A stretch of 64,000 nt of DNA from an uncultured Nitrososphaerota archaeon. Its GTDB lineage: Archaea > Thermoproteota > Nitrososphaeria > Conexivisphaerales > DTJL01. A program made the translations under genes and the position numbers. Positions 59,889 through 64,000 of this stretch are shown here, in pieces (position 1 is the first letter of the stretch; every line of letters begins with the position of its first letter). Below the pieces are notes generated by a model. That model was not told where the DNA came from. It was given only the letters and a program-made list of their open reading frames with translations, and ran no database searches. Location: positions 64,001 through 128,000 of the forward strand of contig CAWJIE010000002.1 of assembly GCA_963842885.1 (NCBI GenBank), given 5' to 3'.

Positions 59889-60233
59889 TTAGAAGCCAAA
59901 TAGAAGGAGCTGTTCTGGAAGGGGCGCTCCGGATACAACGTTCATGTCGATGCCGGTGAAGTCCTTGATCTCGTTCTTCATCCAGACGGAGAACTTGTCC
60001 TTTGACTTCGCCAAGTCCTCGGTGACCTTCTGCGGGTTAGCGCACTCGAAGTAGTCGATGATTATGTCTCCACGGGGAGTGGTCTGAAGGAACATGGCCT
60101 CCTTCGTGACTTTGCTCCTCTTCTCAGAAGCGGCGAGTTCCTTGGCGTGCTTCGTCTTGAAAGATTTGAAGAACTCCCTGGCCTTCTCGGTCTTCCCGGG
60201 CAGCACGGGGAACACTATGGCGATGGGTTTCAT
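59889..60233 (-). CDS. DUF6176-like small ferredoxin-fold protein
   Basis: PVLPGK....R, E..FLQ.TP.GD..I.YFE, FTGID; close paralog at 63741. Confidence 0.75.
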   Translation of the reverse strand: MKPIAIVFPVLPGKTEKAREFFKSFKTKHAKELAASEKRSKVTKEAMFLQTTPRGDIIIDYFECANPQKVTEDLAKSKDKFSVWMKNEIKDFTGIDMNVVSGAPLPEQLLLFGF

Positions 60234-60658
60234 CAGTGACGAAGCGGCCTTCCCGATATTTAACTACTCCACCTTTCAGTCTGCCCCAGGCCAGGTGTTG
60301 AAGCCCGAGTTGAAGACGATGAGGTGGCAGTCTCCTTTGGCGGCACTCTGGGCCTCTTTCACGGAGTCGTGGACTTGGCCCTTAGATGCTAACCGGGATA
60401 GGGACTAGGATGCTGTGCTCAAACCGGACTGACCATCTACCTCTCGACGGGTGAGCGGTGGGTTCCTCAGTGCGTCAGAGACGGAGGTGTCGGGCGTTCC
60501 ATCCTTGGCCATAGGATGGATCAAGGCTCGCTCGGCAGATGGTATTCTTAGTATTTGTCTCAAGCTTGAAGTGATATCCCAAACTAGAGATACAAGAGAG
60601 CGATCAAGCATTGCGGTCCTGGACGCATCGAATCCCGCCCGTCGACCTGACGGCGGAA

Positions 60659-61165
60659 CTATGGGCTCCGTCTAAGTGCCCTCTCGAATGCCAGGCCGAC
60701 GAATATGGCCAGCCCGAGCGTAGCGAAGACGAGAAGCCCGGGGAACTCGGGGACGGGCTGCGCAACTACGACTTGTCCAGTCAGATCGCTGTCGACCGTG
60801 CTAGTATACACATAGGTACCGGGAATGGTGAACGTGTGAGCGTAGGACTCCCCATAGGTCATCCTCCCCGAATCCCATGACTCCGCCTGCCCGGCTACGG
60901 AGGTGACGGTATGCGTCCCCGAGGCCATGTCCGTCCAGTTCACCGTGTCGCCGACGGCTACAGATATCGTGCTGGGGTCGAAGTTGAAGCCGGGCATCCC
61001 GCTCCCCTGGATCTGCACCGCCCACGTCGTAGCGGCACGGGTGGAATTCAGAGGGGCTGGACTTGAGGCTGCTGCCAACGCGAACACGGCTAGCAGGAGG
61101 ACCGTCCAGAGACGGGGGCCGACCAGGGGCTTCAAGTTCCTTCGTCCTGTCATAAGACGAGTCAT
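60659..61165 (-). CDS. Cupredoxin/plastocyanin-like surface protein with a VPEF sorting signal; copper ligands degenerate
   Basis: FDPSTISVAVGDTVNW, HTVT, WDSG, TF..PGTY.Y; VPEFP, TM helix, RR. Confidence 0.85.
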   Translation of the reverse strand: MTRLMTGRRNLKPLVGPRLWTVLLLAVFALAAASSPAPLNSTRAATTWAVQIQGSGMPGFNFDPSTISVAVGDTVNWTDMASGTHTVTSVAGQAESWDSGRMTYGESYAHTFTIPGTYVYTSTVDSDLTGQVVVAQPVPEFPGLLVFATLGLAIFVGLAFERALRRSP

Positions 61166-61507
61166 TATTGTTCCAGGCGACAGTTAAGTCTTGCTGCCGT
61201 GGAGTGATCGTTTCTCGTCTCTTGCACCTCTTCCAGCAAGCTTCGCCCGAGGTCCAGTTAGCATTCCGCTGTTTCGTGGTCAGGATACCATCTCAGGCCT
61301 AGACACACAGTTTTGGATATCTGTTCTACTAGGACACCAAGCCCCCCTGCCACAGCATACAGCAGCACAGGTGAAGCGCCTCACCAACCTCGCAAGGGGC
61401 ATCGAGGAGCTGAGAATTGAGATGAATCCTCAGAAGGAATCAGAGTGAACGTCCTAGGGTCAAGCCTAAGCGAAAAGTTCAAGACTCGATGCGCGAACTT
61501 AGTTACA

Positions 61508-62302
61508 ATGCCGAAAGTGAGGGTGAATGACATTCAGATCTACTATGAAGTGCATGGCGAAGGCTTTCCGTTAGTAATGATTCACGGGTTAGCTGCAAAC
61601 CTTGACTGGTGGGACCCGCGCATGGTCAGAGAACTCTCAAGGAGATTCATGACGGTCATGTTCGACAACAGGGGGGCTGGACGCACCGACGTGTCTGACA
61701 GAAGATATACCATCAGACTGTTTGCCGATGACACGGCGGGTCTGATGGATGGCTTGGGGATTTCCAGGGCTCACGTGCTCGGGCTTTCAATGGGTGGAAT
61801 GATAGCCCAAGAGCTGGTGCTCAACTACCCCCAGAAAGTCGAAAGGCTTGTCCTCTGCTCCACCAGCTGTGGAGGTGGAAGGTCGGTTCGAGCATCTAAG
61901 GATGTGATGGGAATGCTCATGGCTGGCAGAAGCGCTTCGTCCCAGAAAGAAGGAGCCGAAATGATGATTCCACTTTTTGTGACCGAAGATTTCGCCAAGA
62001 AGAACCCTGACTTGGTAGAGCTTATGATGCAACGGAACCTCAGGGCCCCGATTTCAGACGAAGCCTACAGGCGGCAATCAAACGCGATCTCGGAATTCGA
62101 CACCCATGGTAGGCTGCCTCAGATTAAGGCCCCCACTCTGATATTGCATGGCAAGAAGGATATCCTCGTGCCTCCTGGGAACGGTTCGGTCTTGGCTGAA
62201 GCCATATCCAATGCTAAGCTTGTCTATCTTGAAAGGTCAGCCCACACTCTTGTAGAAGATATGGCTGAAGTAGTCAACGCTGTGACAGGTTTCCTTGGCT
62301 AA
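61508..62302 (+). CDS. Alpha/beta hydrolase (PcaD-like)
   Basis: HG, DNRGAG, GLSMGG, G..D, catalytic His in SAH. Confidence 0.93.
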   Translation: MPKVRVNDIQIYYEVHGEGFPLVMIHGLAANLDWWDPRMVRELSRRFMTVMFDNRGAGRTDVSDRRYTIRLFADDTAGLMDGLGISRAHVLGLSMGGMIAQELVLNYPQKVERLVLCSTSCGGGRSVRASKDVMGMLMAGRSASSQKEGAEMMIPLFVTEDFAKKNPDLVELMMQRNLRAPISDEAYRRQSNAISEFDTHGRLPQIKAPTLILHGKKDILVPPGNGSVLAEAISNAKLVYLERSAHTLVEDMAEVVNAVTGFLG

Positions 62303-62468
62303 CCTTTGCACTATCGTAGATATGATATGGAACTTTGATGTAGGCTAAGCATCAAGAGCCTATCTCAAGATCATCCTTTGATAGACCATGATGGAGCAGG
62401 CGAGCTGGATGAGCCCAAGTCTTCGTCAGAATGATAACAACGCCTCTTTCCTGTTGGACGTCATAGTT

Positions 62469-62509
62469 TTGGATATCTATTGCTACTCGAAAAGAAATCG
62501 ATATCATCG
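62469..62509 (+). repeat. Module D
   Basis: TTGGATATCTATTGCTACTCGAAAAGAAATCGATATCATCG; a partial copy also lies at 61313-61330. Confidence 0.82.
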
Positions 62510-62552
62510 GGATTATACTTTATAGGCTTGGTTGCCACCGGAGAAGAGGAGC

Positions 62553-63551
62553 ATGCCTGCGAAACCTGTCAGCGTGCTGGTCACTGTCCCCATCGACGAC
62601 AAGCTCTTGCAGCAAATCAGGGCCGTCAGCCCCCGGATAGAGCTCAGCGATGCCTTCGAACTGACGATGGCCGAAGAGGGAGGAGACCTCTCCCGAAAGG
62701 ATGAGCTGGACGCCCTGCTGGCTGGGGCCGAGATAATCTATGGGTTTGGCCTCCCTCGGAACGTCATCGTCCGAGCTCCAAGGCTGAAATGGATACAGGT
62801 GATGTCCGCCGGAGTGGACAGGTATCTGGATGATGAAGTGCGTAAGAGTTCGGTGATGCTGACCAACGTGAGTGGAATACACGCCACCCCGATCAGTGAG
62901 TTCGTCCTTCAGCTGATGTTGATGTTCTCGAAGCAGGCTCCGCTTTGCTTTCAGCTGAAGCAAGAGAAGCAGTGGGAGCGGCTCGGCACGACCGTCCTGC
63001 GCTCCAAGACGGTGGGGATAGTGGGGCTGGGCCACATCGGGCGAGAGGTGGCTCGGCTGGCCAAGGCCTTCGGCATGAGGGTCGTGGCCACCCGGAGGTC
63101 GGCGGGCCTGGCGGCCTCGGCCCGGCACGTGGACTTGCTCCTTCCTCCAACGCAGCTACCGCGGCTGCTCTCGGAGAGCGACTTCGTGGTGATTTGCGTG
63201 CCGCTCACTCCTGAAACGGACGGGCTGATCGGAGAAGAGGAGCTCAGGATGATGAAGCCTAGTGCCTGCCTCATCAACGTGGCCAGGGGCAAGATATTGA
63301 ACGAGGGGGCGTTGGTGAAGGCCCTTGAGGAGAAGAGGATAGCGGGAGCGGGTTTGGACGTCTTTGCAACAGAGCCCCTTCCCGCCGACAGCAAGCTGTG
63401 GGGGTTTCCAAATGTGATCCTGAGCCCTCACATTTCGGGCGGAATGGAAGACTACCTTGAGCAGGCGACGAAGGTATTCTGCGAAAATATGGGGCGTTAC
63501 CTGAGCGGAAGGAGGCTGGTCAACGTGGTGAGCAAGAAGAGGGGATATTGA
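62553..63551 (+). CDS. D-2-hydroxyacid dehydrogenase
   Basis: GLGHIG, PLTPET, INVARG, LDVF..EP, SPHISG. Confidence 0.95.
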   Translation: MPAKPVSVLVTVPIDDKLLQQIRAVSPRIELSDAFELTMAEEGGDLSRKDELDALLAGAEIIYGFGLPRNVIVRAPRLKWIQVMSAGVDRYLDDEVRKSSVMLTNVSGIHATPISEFVLQLMLMFSKQAPLCFQLKQEKQWERLGTTVLRSKTVGIVGLGHIGREVARLAKAFGMRVVATRRSAGLAASARHVDLLLPPTQLPRLLSESDFVVICVPLTPETDGLIGEEELRMMKPSACLINVARGKILNEGALVKALEEKRIAGAGLDVFATEPLPADSKLWGFPNVILSPHISGGMEDYLEQATKVFCENMGRYLSGRRLVNVVSKKRGY

Positions 63552-63740
63552 TTATGAAACTGCTCCTGTAGAGGACCTTCCAGTGGCGCCACGGTCCGCC
63601 GGCCTGATCAAGGAAGCGTCTTACGTTCTCTCTGTCCTCCTCGTTGATTCCTTCGGCGCGGCAAGTACTTCCTTGCTCTAGGCGAATTCAACACAGTGAG
63701 TCACCGACGGGATCGGAAAAAGGGATGGGCAGGAGGTGGC

Positions 63741-64000
63741 TCAGAAGCCAAATAGGAGGAGCTGTTCGGGAAGGGGCTCCTTGGATATGACGTTCAAGTC
63801 GATGCCGGAGAAGTCCTTGATTTCGTTCTTCACCCAGACGGCGAACTTGGCCTTCGACTTCGCCATGATCTCCATGGACTTCTGCGGGCTCGTACACTCG
63901 AAATAGTCGATGATTAGGTCTCCCTGGGGAGTAGGTTGAAGGAATATCGCCTCCTTCGTAGTCTTGATCATCTTCTCCAACGCGGCGAACTCCTTGGCGT
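63741..64000 (-). CDS. DUF6176-like protein, paralog of 59889..60233 (5' end outside the window)
   Basis: KEAIFLQPTPQGDLIIDYFEC...PLPEQLLLFGF. Confidence 0.8.
   Translation of the reverse strand, partial: AKEFAALEKMIKTTKEAIFLQPTPQGDLIIDYFECTSPQKSMEIMAKSKAKFAVWVKNEIKDFSGIDLNVISKEPLPEQLLLFGF

Overview
Archaeal chromosomal region, probably from a TACK/Nitrososphaerota-like lineage. This is inferred from an aRF1-like fragment, a PEF-CTERM/sortase pair, an Lrp regulator and TATA-type promoters. (1) 1-2.1 kb: two orphan HTH-like genes. (2) 2.7-22.3 kb: a minus-strand surface-glycosylation cluster with wecB, three NDP-sugar epimerases, six GT4s plus a GT4 fragment, two GT2s, two SAM methyltransferases and a 1400-aa GT-C-like membrane protein. 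(3) 22.7-26.6 kb: a PIN toxin-antitoxin pair and DtxR/MntR-MntH, bracketed by ~320-bp direct repeats. (4) 26.7-47 kb: a dense run of unrelated 1-3-gene units (secreted and membrane proteins, transporters). These are separated by 11 copies of a non-palindromic core, TTCGCAGGTCCAAGCCCACG, plus three other recurrent intergenic modules, and all four modules switch orientation around ~40.0-40.5 kb. This polar, cassette-like array with no recombinase gene in view is the main candidate for an undescribed system. (5) 47-64 kb: stress and ion-homeostasis genes (ChrB-domain pair with MFS, NhaD/ArsB, HAD-GT-MscS osmolyte operon, ClC, CBS, MscS), a degenerate aRF1 N-domain, a ligand-less cupredoxin and duplicated DUF6176-like genes. 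No rRNA, tRNA, CRISPR array, integrase or transposase was recognised. All product calls come from reading motifs by eye, not from database searches.
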